Positions 1 through 8,082 of a stretch of DNA of 64,000 nt are shown piece by piece. Made by a program: the position numbers and the translations under genes. A model generated the notes under the pieces. It was not told the DNA's origin and did not search any database. It was given only the letters and a program-made list of their open reading frames with translations. The DNA lies in contig DVOM01000027.1 of assembly GCA_018713605.1 (NCBI GenBank), positions 7,255-71,254 on the forward strand, read 5' to 3'. This DNA comes from Candidatus Scatocola faecigallinarum (lineage in GTDB: Bacteria > Pseudomonadota > Alphaproteobacteria > RF32 > CAG-239). How positions within the stretch are numbered: position 1 is the first letter of the stretch; each line of letters opens with the position of its first letter.

Positions 1-130
1 CTGCCGTTTTGTCTTAACGGCCCGACGGCCGTCGGCAGTCCTTTTTTGATAAAAATCCGCACTCTCGTCCAAACCTTGGTTTGGCCGATTCCCGCATAAT
101 AAACACAATAATCTTCTGCAAAAAATCTTT

Positions 131-499
131 TTAGCCGGCTTTGCTGAGTGAAGCTGCGGCACGGCTCTTGTTTTTCCAGGCCGTAATCTGCCGGCCGATG
201 GCATCTGTCAGCAGCGCCAGCTCGGCAACTTTCTTAATCGGCAGCAGCCGCAGGTCGCCGCACATCCTTATCTCAATCTTCAGCAGTTCAAAATCGTCCA
301 GAAACTCCTCCAGCGGCTGATGCTTTTCCACTGCCCGGTTGGCTCGGTACAAACTGCGAAACAGGTTCAAAACGTCGCGCTTCATATCCTGCCCCAGACA
401 ATATTTGTATTCGTGCGAAAACTTGTTGGTCGCCTTATATATTTCCAACAGCAGATTATAACTGTCCCGATAAACCGGCAATTCATTATATAAAACCAT
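131..499 (-). CDS. Four-helix-bundle protein, DGR accessory variability determinant (Avd)-like
   Basis: 122 aa ORF. LPVYRDSYNLLLEIYKATNKFSHEYKYCLGQDMKRD at the N-terminus and the basic tail ITAWKNKSR resemble Avd-type four-helix-bundle proteins. It lacks the NIAEG-type signature of the 23S-IVS subfamily. It lies downstream of a lectin-fold gene on the same strand. Confidence 0.55.
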   Translation of the reverse strand: MVLYNELPVYRDSYNLLLEIYKATNKFSHEYKYCLGQDMKRDVLNLFRSLYRANRAVEKHQPLEEFLDDFELLKIEIRMCGDLRLLPIKKVAELALLTDAIGRQITAWKNKSRAAASLSKAG

Positions 500-705
500 A
501 AGCCTTCCTTTTCTATTTGAAAGTGCATAAATTAATTTTTAGTACCTTGAATAGAGTATATAGCCTTATATATACGTCCGTACAAAAGATGTCAATACAA
601 AAAAAATTTCAACTGTTTCTGGTGTGTATTTCTTATTTGGGAATGTCTTCAAACTTGTCCCTTTCTGCCCCTCGGCTCCCTTTTTATTGGACGCCGCCCT
701 TCTTT

Positions 706-793
706 GTCATCCTCGGACTCTTTTCTCTCCTGTCATGTTCGGCCTTGAGCCGGACATCCGCAGACACAGGGCACGACCTCACGATATGCACAT
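706..793. repeat. Copy A of the GTCAT repeat family: two 26-bp units, then GGCCTTGAGCCGGACATC and the conserved motif GGCACGACCTCACGATATGCAC
   Basis: GTCAT units start at 706 and 732. The sequence matches the reverse complement of 3984-4064. The 23-nt motif at 769-791 recurs in direct orientation at 4078-4100. Confidence 0.7.
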
Positions 794-809
794 AGAAGGC
801 CGTTTTTTT

Positions 810-947
810 GCGCCTGCGGCGCGATTCTCTTTTCTGCCGATTCCTTTTTCGGAATCAAAAATTTCCGCTCCTGCGGAGCGGAAATTCGGCATTTGCGCCT
901 GCGGCGCAAATCGATTCTTTTTTAAAGCGAGCCCCGCAAGCGGGGCT
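810..947. repeat. Chain of five consecutive GC-rich stem-loops
   Basis: Hairpins found by hand at 810-822 (GCGCC/GGCGC), 839-856 (GATTCC/GGAATC), 861-885 (10 bp), 891-911 (9 bp, same GCGCCTGCGGCGC core as the first) and 930-947 (AGCCCCG-CAAG-CGGGGCT). Confidence 0.7.
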
Positions 948-972
948 GCGCTAAAAAGATAAAGGGTTAAAA

Positions 973-1890
973 TTAAAAAGCTAGCACCGGGCGAACGTAG
1001 CCACTGTCGTCCTTACCGTAGTCGTAGCCCAAACCGTAACTGAGGTTAAGGTACGAAGGCCACGCGTAGTTGCTGCTATACTCCGACGAAGACCAGTTAC
1101 AGCAGCTCGGATAGGAAACACCTCCTACTTTTGAGATCGCTGTTTGTATAGCGTTCTGGTTATTATAGATATTAGTCATGATACCGGCCGCCGGCAGGCA
1201 CCATTTGCCGGCCGTATCTGTCGTCGGCGCATATTTCCGTGCCGCCCAGGCGGCCGGATAAGTGCTGGCATCACCGGCCGCTACAATCTTGTCCGTATTG
1301 CCGCAGCTGTCGTAATCTGTTGATGCAGATGACTGCGAAGTGAAGTTCGGCAGACTTGAAATATCCGTACCATAACCACCCCAGATCATGGTCGTTGAGT
1401 TGCTGCTGGTCTTATTGCCGTTCGTATCAATCGGCCACGGTGCCATGACTTGTCCGCCGACACCGTTATCGTTGACATGTACCACAATACCCAGAACCGT
1501 TTTGCTGGTTGTATAAGCGGCCGGCGCCGAACAGGTGCCGTCACTGTAATAAATCCAGCCGATTGCGCATGAAGCGCGGTCAGCCACGCAGCTGCCACTG
1601 CTGCTGTCCCAATGCGTACCCGTCGCGCAGTTACACATGCTGTACTTGTCGCCGCATTTGGCTGAGCTTGGGCTTTCGTTAGTTCCTGTACAGGTGTATA
1701 TGTAAGAGGCGTCACAGGGGCAGTACCAAGCCTCGCCAAATGGGCATTTTATGCCCTTTCCCGAGTCGCAGCTGCTCTGCTTGTATCCCAAAGTGCTGCA
1801 ATCCTTGGTCGCCACACATTGCGCCCAGGCTTCCGTACCGAAAAAAAGCCCGCAACATACTGTACTTAATAAAATATACTGATTTCTCAT
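973..1890 (-). CDS. Secreted Cys-rich protein with C-terminal DUF1566/Lcl-like (C-type-lectin-fold) domain; candidate DGR variable protein
   Basis: Start taken at the Met giving signal peptide MRNQYILLSTVCCGLFFGTEAWA, with GGGGAGAAAGG upstream. The C-terminus WCLPAAG...NWSSSEYSSNYAWPSYLNLSYGLGYDYGKDDSGYVRPV matches the W-LP...WSS...AW...K...YVRxV pattern of DUF1566. Confidence 0.6.
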   Translation of the reverse strand: MRNQYILLSTVCCGLFFGTEAWAQCVATKDCSTLGYKQSSCDSGKGIKCPFGEAWYCPCDASYIYTCTGTNESPSSAKCGDKYSMCNCATGTHWDSSSGSCVADRASCAIGWIYYSDGTCSAPAAYTTSKTVLGIVVHVNDNGVGGQVMAPWPIDTNGNKTSSNSTTMIWGGYGTDISSLPNFTSQSSASTDYDSCGNTDKIVAAGDASTYPAAWAARKYAPTTDTAGKWCLPAAGIMTNIYNNQNAIQTAISKVGGVSYPSCCNWSSSEYSSNYAWPSYLNLSYGLGYDYGKDDSGYVRPVLAF

Positions 1891-2014
1891 CGCCTTTCTC
1901 CCCTGAATTAGTTCCTCTTGCAACCCCTCACAAAACCTCTGTCTGCCCTGTTCCCTCTTCTGCCATGCCCGGCTCGTTATTACCGCCCCACGGGCCTGTT
2001 TCTTCTTCCTTGTT

Positions 2015-2195
2015 ATACTCGGACTCCTATCTGCCTTGTCATCCTCAGGCTTAAACCGAACATTCCTCTTTTAGATTGCCGTGTGTAAATTCCCAACTAC
2101 GTTGGGCCCCTTTCGTCCCGTAGGCCTCGAACTTCGCTTACAGCTCGTTCTCGCCAACTATCGACTCCAAGTCCGGCAATGACAGAAAAACACAA
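2015..2195. repeat. Copy C of the GTCAT repeat family (forward unit near 2038, inverted unit near 2172-2195)
   Basis: TACTCGGACTCCTATCTGCCTTGTCATCCTCAGGC resembles copy A. CCGGCAATGACAGAAAAAC resembles the inverted units at 4000-4064. Confidence 0.5.
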
Positions 2196-2207
2196 TAATA
2201 TTCAGCC

Positions 2208-3107
2208 TCACATACAGAACTTATAAGTCGTGTCAAACGGACACAAAACCGCATCGCCGGTGCAGGTCTGCTGCCGGTATCCCATCTGCGTACAAGTCGA
2301 AGTGCCATACTCGCTGTACACCGTGCACATGTCCGTATAACCGCTGCTACAGCCGTTGTCGCAGTATTTGCCCGAACATTCCTCATACTCGCAGTCATGG
2401 TTCTCCGGACAGCTTGCCAGCGTGCAACGGTTTTCGCAGCAGGTTTTGCAAACCGCATATTTTGTTACCGAACCGCTTTTGCAGGTTGACGTGCCGATTT
2501 CGCCGCCGCATTCACAGTCATAATAACCCACGCAGGGATTGTTTTTGCGCTTATATTTGGTCGTATTGCAGCTCAGGCAGAAGCCGTCGGTCACATAACC
2601 GTCCGCCGTCGCCTGTTCATAGGTATAAGTATAACCGTCGCAGGGATTGCATTTGCATTTTTTGTAAGAACTGTCGTACGGACAGCTCTGCGCGCTGTCC
2701 AGAACATAACCGTCGCCGCAGGAGTCGACATAGCCGGCGTCTTTGCAGGCTCTGACCTTGTCTTCGCTGCACTTGGCATAATATTTGTCATTATACGGAC
2801 AAGGCGCGCCCGACACATAGGTCGGCGGCTCGCAGGAAGTTATCGTATAACCTTCGTTTTTGCACTGGTTGGCCGTGTCTATGGTAAAATCTTCGCCACC
2901 GCCGCCATATCCGGCCTCCGTGTCACAGTTGCCGAAACCCAGAAAGCACACCGCGGCCAACCGCGGCCCTTCGCCCTGCGAAAGAAGCCCGGCCTCCAGG
3001 TCAACCCGGTCAAAACGGCCTAAATTTAAGGAGTTTTCTTCAAATGCGAAAGCAGGTGCCGTCAATAAAAGTACCGTCAATAAAGAAATTCTTGCTTTGT
3101 TTCTCAT
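2208..3107 (-). CDS. Secreted cysteine-rich repeat protein (paralogous modules to the N-terminus of 973-1890)
   Basis: 299 aa with signal peptide MRNKARISLLTVLLLTAPAFA. More than 35 Cys. Repeated GY-x-C...CP[YF]-x3-Y-x-C modules. GGGGGA Shine-Dalgarno upstream. Confidence 0.6.
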   Translation of the reverse strand: MRNKARISLLTVLLLTAPAFAFEENSLNLGRFDRVDLEAGLLSQGEGPRLAAVCFLGFGNCDTEAGYGGGGEDFTIDTANQCKNEGYTITSCEPPTYVSGAPCPYNDKYYAKCSEDKVRACKDAGYVDSCGDGYVLDSAQSCPYDSSYKKCKCNPCDGYTYTYEQATADGYVTDGFCLSCNTTKYKRKNNPCVGYYDCECGGEIGTSTCKSGSVTKYAVCKTCCENRCTLASCPENHDCEYEECSGKYCDNGCSSGYTDMCTVYSEYGTSTCTQMGYRQQTCTGDAVLCPFDTTYKFCM

Positions 3108-3395
3108 CGTCCCCCGCCTTTCACATAAAAATTTACAAAAAGGGGCGCCCGAATAGGTGTGGTGTGTGTGTATATTGTGTCTCGTTTTGAGCCGGACGCC
3201 CCTTCTTTAAGTAAGTCCGATTCACAAAAAAACGTACAAATTTCATAAGCCGGACTTATTAAATTCATAATATATTAGTAATTTAGTCGAGTCAAGGTAA
3301 AAAATTACAAGTTTATAGTATATATAGATTCACAATAAAATAGGAATATACCTTATTATATATTTTGAGTTACCAAAACAACGGGAATATCCTAT

Positions 3396-3749
3396 ATGAA
3401 TGATAATGACTTTGCCACAAATCTGGGAAACCGTATCCGCGAACTTAGAAAGAATAAGGGCGTAAGCCAGCTCGAACTGGCTTATGACATGGATATGTCC
3501 ATGAATACCATCTCGGGTATCGAACTCGGCAAAATCTCCCCGAAAATTGACACGCTCAAAAAAATCGCCCAGAAACTCGACATTGACATATCCGAACTTT
3601 TCGACTTCAGCGAACACGCCCCCAAAGACAAGGTCATCCGCAAAAAAGTCGAGGAAATTACCCGCAAACTGCTGCCGCAGGACAAGGAGTTTCTGGACCT
3701 CGTCTCCAGCAATATCGACATTCTCATAAAAATCCGCGAATTAAACTAA
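3396..3749 (+). CDS. XRE-family helix-turn-helix transcriptional regulator
   Basis: 117 aa. NLGNRIRELRKNKGVSQLELAYDMDMSMNTISGIELGK is a typical Cro/C1 HTH. Confidence 0.8.
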   Translation: MNDNDFATNLGNRIRELRKNKGVSQLELAYDMDMSMNTISGIELGKISPKIDTLKKIAQKLDIDISELFDFSEHAPKDKVIRKKVEEITRKLLPQDKEFLDLVSSNIDILIKIRELN

Positions 3750-3840
3750 GCAGCCCCGTCGCCTTGCACTTCTCTCCGCTTCTTTTACACACCCCGGGCT
3801 TGTTTTTTCTCCCGCCGTGTTCGTACTTTCTCTTCCGCCT

Positions 3841-4100
3841 GTCATTGCCGGTTCGCCTCTTCTTATTGTCATTCCCCGCTTTTTTTCTCTTTCGTCATTC
3901 CTCAGCTTTTTTTCTTTTTCGTCATTCCCCGGCTTTTTTTCTTTTTCGTCATTCCCCGGCTTGACCGGGGAATCTGTAAGGGAGATGTCCGGCTCAAGGC
4001 CGAACATGACAGAAAGAGAAAAGAGGCCGAACATGACAGAAAGAGAAAAAAGTTCGAGGATGACAAAGAAAATACAAGGCACGGCCTCACGATATGCACG
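3841..4100. repeat. Large imperfect palindrome built from 26-27 bp GTCAT units (5 forward, 3 inverted) plus a conserved flanking motif
   Basis: Forward units start at 3841, 3868, 3894, 3921 and 3948. The central hairpin CCCCGGCTTGACCGGGG is at 3954-3970. Inverted ATGAC cores are at 4006, 4033 and 4060 (27-bp period). The motif GGCACGGCCTCACGATATGCAC is at 4078-4100. Confidence 0.85.
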
Positions 4101-4326
4101 CAGAAAGCAACGCGCTTCAACAAAGGTTCCCGCCGCAGCCAGCGAGCGCTCAAGGGCGTCCCCTTGTCAAGCTGGCTACAGCTTGCGTTATACGTTTTTT
4201 TAAAAACCTCGGAGAGTGAGTCATATAGTAAGAAACAAGGGGAAAATTTTTTGATCGTACAACAGAAGTACGTGAGCATTTATTTTACCCGCTAATCCTG
4301 TATTAGTTCCCCGTTATACGAGGTTT

Positions 4327-5271
4327 TTACTTTATGGAAGCGTCCAACGGATTAAACCGCAACAACATCGTGTTCCAGAGATCGTATTTTTCGGGATATT
4401 TCTCGGCAAAAATGGAATAAACCGGTTCGCAGATATAAACCGCACGCCGCGCGGAATCGGCAACTGAACGGAAATAGCGGTCGCTGTTGTAACGTCCGGT
4501 ATCCAAAATCTTAACCTCGCGCACCGAACCGTCCCGATTCAGATAAGCCCTGATTTCAATAATCATGTCCTGAATGCCCATGGCGCCCGGATCCAAGTTC
4601 CAACAGGCACGCAGACGCCCGGCAATCGCGTCGGTTTCGGAAATCGACAGCTCGCTGAAATAAGAACCGCCGGTACCGCCCTCAATGCCCATGTTGTTAA
4701 CCTCGGCGTCTTCCTTAATCGTTGCCGTCTGGTCTTTTTCGCCCTCTTTTTCCAGAGCGTCCACGGAGGCCAGCAGGCTCTTCAGCGGATTGGCCAGTTT
4801 GGGTTCTTCCTTCTTGGGCTGAGGTTTCGGCTTTTCGGGCACGGCCGGTTTCTTAACCGGTTTCGGCACCGGTTTGGGAGCCGTTTTCTTAACCGACGCT
4901 TTCGGCTTTTTGGGCTGCGGCGCAACCAGAAAATCCTGCTTCGGCTTTTCAACGCGTTCCTGCTTGGCCGGCGGCGTTTCTTCCGCGTCTTTCTGCGGCT
5001 CGCTCTTCACTTCCGGCCGTTTGTCAGGCTCGTCTTTGGTATAGTTCTTTTCAATCTTGCGCTTGATTTTGCTTGCCTGTTTTTCTTCCGGGCCGCGCTT
5101 GGCTTTCGGCGGCAGATTGGTCATTTCCGAAATTTTCACGTTGTTCAAATCCACGATAATCGGCACCTGTTCAATCGTCATGTTCCGGCGCCAAAAAACC
5201 GGAACGTCGACCAGAAACAGTATCAGGACAACCAGATGCAGAGCTACGGATTTGTACAGGGCGTTTTTCAT
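4327..5271 (-). CDS. tolA: Cell envelope integrity protein TolA
   Basis: 314 aa. N-terminal TM helix, a Lys/Pro/Glu-rich linker (PKPVPKPVKKPAVPEKPKPQPKK) and a C-terminal TolA/TonB-like domain. Directly follows tolQ-tolR. Confidence 0.8.
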   Translation of the reverse strand: MKNALYKSVALHLVVLILFLVDVPVFWRRNMTIEQVPIIVDLNNVKISEMTNLPPKAKRGPEEKQASKIKRKIEKNYTKDEPDKRPEVKSEPQKDAEETPPAKQERVEKPKQDFLVAPQPKKPKASVKKTAPKPVPKPVKKPAVPEKPKPQPKKEEPKLANPLKSLLASVDALEKEGEKDQTATIKEDAEVNNMGIEGGTGGSYFSELSISETDAIAGRLRACWNLDPGAMGIQDMIIEIRAYLNRDGSVREVKILDTGRYNSDRYFRSVADSARRAVYICEPVYSIFAEKYPEKYDLWNTMLLRFNPLDASIK

Positions 5272-5277
5272 CAGCGG

Positions 5278-5718
5278 TTATTTCTTTTTCCCCAGAGGTT
5301 TGGCTTCGGTTTTCAGGCCGACCTTGTCAAAGCCGGCTTCTTTCAGCAGCGCCATCAGGCCGATAACCCGGCCGTATTCGGCACCCGCATCGCCGGAAAT
5401 AGTTACCGAAAGCTCGGTATTGGTATCGCGGATAGCCCTAAGCTTGCCGACGATTTCCTCCGCCGGAACTTCCGTCTGGCCGATGTAATAATAACCGTCC
5501 TTGTCAACGCTGATGTTAACCGAAGTTTCTTCGCCATTCAGCGCCTTGCCGCCGACTTTCGGCAAATCGAGCGCAATGCCCGAAGTCATCAGCGGCGCCG
5601 CGACCATAAACACCACCAGCAACACCATCATCACGTCCATCAGGTTGGTCATGTTGATATCGGCGTTGCGGCGGTAAACCCTCGGCGAACGGCGCGTCTG
5701 CTGCGTCATGATAAACAT
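5278..5718 (-). CDS. tolR: Tol-Pal system protein TolR (ExbD/TolR family)
   Basis: 146 aa with a single TM (LMDVMMVLLVVFMVAAPL). ExbD-like periplasmic domain. Position between tolQ and tolA. Confidence 0.85.
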   Translation of the reverse strand: MFIMTQQTRRSPRVYRRNADINMTNLMDVMMVLLVVFMVAAPLMTSGIALDLPKVGGKALNGEETSVNISVDKDGYYYIGQTEVPAEEIVGKLRAIRDTNTELSVTISGDAGAEYGRVIGLMALLKEAGFDKVGLKTEAKPLGKKK

Positions 5719-5720
5719 AA

Positions 5721-6467
5721 CTATTCTCCCGCCATGTCGGCCTTGATGGCCGTGTCGTCAATCTCACGCGACAAAATGCTCGAAAATTCGGCCTGGAAGT
5801 TTTCCAGCCGTTTTGCATAGCGGTCAATGTCCGACGAAATTTTATTATAGGCAACAACGGCCGGAATAGCCGCAATCAGACCAAACGCCGTCGTAAACAG
5901 CGCCTCGGCGATGCCCGGCGCCATTGCCGACAGCGAATTGCTCTGCGTGGCGGCAATAGCGTTAAAGCTGTTGATAATGCCCCAAACCGTGCCAAACAGG
6001 CCGACCAGCGGCGCCACCGAACCGGTTGACGCCAAAAATCCCATTCTGGTATCCAGCTCGTCTAATTCCTTATCCATTGATACCATCATCGCCTTTTCAA
6101 TACGCTGTTGCAGCGAAACCCCACGCAGGCCGCGGTCGGTTTTCGACTTCATGATGTTGGTGCGTTTCCACTCTTTCATCGCCGCCACAAACATCGCCGA
6201 CATCGGGTCGCGCGGACGGTTGCCGATGGAATCGTACAGACGGTCGAGCGAACCGCCGGACCAGAAAGTTTCTTCAAATTTTTTGGAAAGCTGCTTGACC
6301 TGGCGCAGCGTGCCGAATTTTTCGATGATAATCGCCCAGGACCAGACCGACGCGGCAATCAGGCCGATCATCACCACCTTGGTAACCATATCCGAAGCCC
6401 AAACCAAGTCCCACATTGACATCTGGTTGGCCGTATTTACAACATCCGTTAAAGTTTGCGTTTCCAT
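5721..6467 (-). CDS. tolQ: Tol-Pal system protein TolQ (MotA/TolQ/ExbB channel)
   Basis: 248 aa with three TM segments and the conserved APLVGLFGTVWGIINSF region. Confidence 0.9.
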   Translation of the reverse strand: METQTLTDVVNTANQMSMWDLVWASDMVTKVVMIGLIAASVWSWAIIIEKFGTLRQVKQLSKKFEETFWSGGSLDRLYDSIGNRPRDPMSAMFVAAMKEWKRTNIMKSKTDRGLRGVSLQQRIEKAMMVSMDKELDELDTRMGFLASTGSVAPLVGLFGTVWGIINSFNAIAATQSNSLSAMAPGIAEALFTTAFGLIAAIPAVVAYNKISSDIDRYAKRLENFQAEFSSILSREIDDTAIKADMAGE

Positions 6468-6555
6468 TTATCTTATCCATAATTAAAAAGTTGCCTGATT
6501 CTTGCAGGCAACTTAACACAAAATATTAAAAATTCAATTAACTAAATCGGCTTTT

Positions 6556-6999
6556 TCAGAGTTTTTCAATCGCCGCAGCCAGCTCCTGCGGAATGCGCAC
6601 CGGCCGCTTTTTGTTCAGGCTCAGATAAACCACTTTAACCTCAAGTTCGGTCAGCAGTTTTTCGCCGCGCCAGATCTGCTGGAACATCACTGCCGAAGCG
6701 CCGCCAAACTCCTTTACCTCGCAGGTAACGGTCAACGCATCGTCCAAAACCGCGGGCGCCTTATAGTCAACGTCAATATGCCGCACCGCAAAGCCAAACT
6801 TGTCTTCGTTTTCCAGCGCGTCCTGCTGGCTGCAGCCCAGCGCCCGGATATATTCCGTCCGCGCCCGCTCGGCAAAACGCAGATAATTTGCATAATAAAC
6901 GATGCCGCCGGCATCGGTGTCTTCGTAATAAACCCGCACCGGAAAAGCGAAAACCGGCCCGTAAAATCTGCCCTGAGGCGGCAGTACTTCGTCAAACAT
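6556..6999 (-). CDS. ybgC: Tol-Pal-associated acyl-CoA thioesterase YbgC
   Basis: 147 aa 4HBT hotdog fold. Motif VYYEDTDAGGIVYYANYLRF. Located upstream of tolQ. Confidence 0.85.
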   Translation of the reverse strand: MFDEVLPPQGRFYGPVFAFPVRVYYEDTDAGGIVYYANYLRFAERARTEYIRALGCSQQDALENEDKFGFAVRHIDVDYKAPAVLDDALTVTCEVKEFGGASAVMFQQIWRGEKLLTELEVKVVYLSLNKKRPVRIPQELAAAIEKL

Positions 7000-8069
7000 C
7001 AGTCCTTATCTCCCAAATCGTCAAACAGGTCGTTCTGCGCAAAACGCATGTTTTTTCTGAGCTTGGCAATGCCCAGATATTCGCAGCCCAAGTCCGAAAT
7101 CACGCGGCCGCGCGGCGTGCGCTGCAAAAAGCCGAGTTTAAGCAGAAACGGCTCCACCACTTCCTCAATCGTGTCGCGTTCTTCGGACAGCGCCGCCGCC
7201 AGCGTATCGGCGCCGACCGGGCCGCCGCCGTAATTCGTCACGATACATTGCAGGTAGCGACGGTCGAAAGCGTCCAGCCCGTAATTGTCAACGTCCAGCC
7301 GGCGCAGCGCCTTATCGGCCATTTTGTTGTCAACCTCCCCCGCCTCGGCAACCGCGCCGAAATCGCGCACGCGGCGCAGCAGGCGCCCGGCCACGCGCGG
7401 CGTGCCGCGCGAACGTTTGGCAATCTCCATCGCCCCTTCCTTCGACAACGGCATGCCCAACAGGTTGGCGCCGCGGGTAACGATTTTTTCCAGCTCTTCC
7501 GGCGAATAAAAATCCAGCCGCAGCGGAATGCCGAAACGCTCGCGCAGCGGCGTCGAAAGCATGCCCGAACGCGTCGTCGCCCCCACCAGCGTAAACGGCT
7601 GCAAGTCAATCCGCACCGAACGCGCCGACGGCCCCTCGCCGATAATCAGATCCAGCTGAAAATCTTCCATTGCCGAATACAAAACTTCTTCAATCGCCGG
7701 ATTCAGGCGGTGAATTTCATCAATAAACAAGACGTCGTTGCGCTCCAGATTGGTCAAAATCGCCGCCAGGTCGCCCGATTTGGAAATCATCGGCGCCGAA
7801 GTCGCCCGGAAACCGACCCCGAGCTCTTTCGCCACAATCGACGCCAGCGTCGTTTTGCCCAGCCCCGGAGGACCGAACAGCAGTACATGATCCAGTGCTT
7901 CGCCGCGTTTTTTGGCCGCTTCGATAAACACCTTCAGGTTTTCGCAGACCTGCTTCTGCCCGACAAAATCTGCCAAGCTGTTCGGCCGCAGGTTAATCGG
8001 CGCGTTCAAACCCTGTTCGTCTTCGGGCTGTTTCTGGGGGCTGACCAGTCTTTCTTCCATAAGCATCAA
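6999..8069 (-). CDS. ruvB: Holliday junction branch migration helicase RuvB
   Basis: 356 aa. Walker [10 protein letters not shown], Walker [10 protein letters not shown], RuvB C-terminal winged helix. Confidence 0.95.
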   Translation of the reverse strand: MMLMEERLVSPQKQPEDEQGLNAPINLRPNSLADFVGQKQVCENLKVFIEAAKKRGEALDHVLLFGPPGLGKTTLASIVAKELGVGFRATSAPMISKSGDLAAILTNLERNDVLFIDEIHRLNPAIEEVLYSAMEDFQLDLIIGEGPSARSVRIDLQPFTLVGATTRSGMLSTPLRERFGIPLRLDFYSPEELEKIVTRGANLLGMPLSKEGAMEIAKRSRGTPRVAGRLLRRVRDFGAVAEAGEVDNKMADKALRRLDVDNYGLDAFDRRYLQCIVTNYGGGPVGADTLAAALSEERDTIEEVVEPFLLKLGFLQRTPRGRVISDLGCEYLGIAKLRKNMRFAQNDLFDDLGDKD

Positions 8070-8082
8070 TCCTTAATTTCCG

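Noticed and set aside
1-130. Search for the DGR template repeat immediately downstream of avd.
   Set aside because: Manual comparison with the last ~120 nt of the lectin-fold gene shows only a chance GGTTTGG match. The region instead contains a short hairpin (CCGAC-GGCC-GTCGG) followed by T6 on the plus strand.
517-962. ORFs of 92 and 112 aa between avd and the lectin-fold gene.
   Set aside because: They run through repeat copy A and the hairpin train. They have no RBS or motifs, so the region is more likely non-coding.
3162-3171. (GT)5 dinucleotide tract in the promoter region of the Cys-rich protein gene, considered as a phase-variation switch.
   Set aside because: Five units is short for efficient slippage, and there is no evidence of length variation in a single sequence.
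3841-4075. Possible CRISPR array (regular 27-bp period). The same question was asked of the 201-bp units at 30021-30445.
   Set aside because: The 27-bp units are contiguous with no unique spacers and switch orientation mid-array. The 201-bp units are near-identical over their whole length. No cas genes are present.
3741-4279. Four overlapping ORFs (113, 66, 128 and 125 aa) with 9-residue periodic peptides such as KKPGNDEKE.
   Set aside because: They are translations of the 27-bp GTCAT repeat palindrome in several frames and on both strands. They have no RBS, and their periodicity simply mirrors the DNA repeat.
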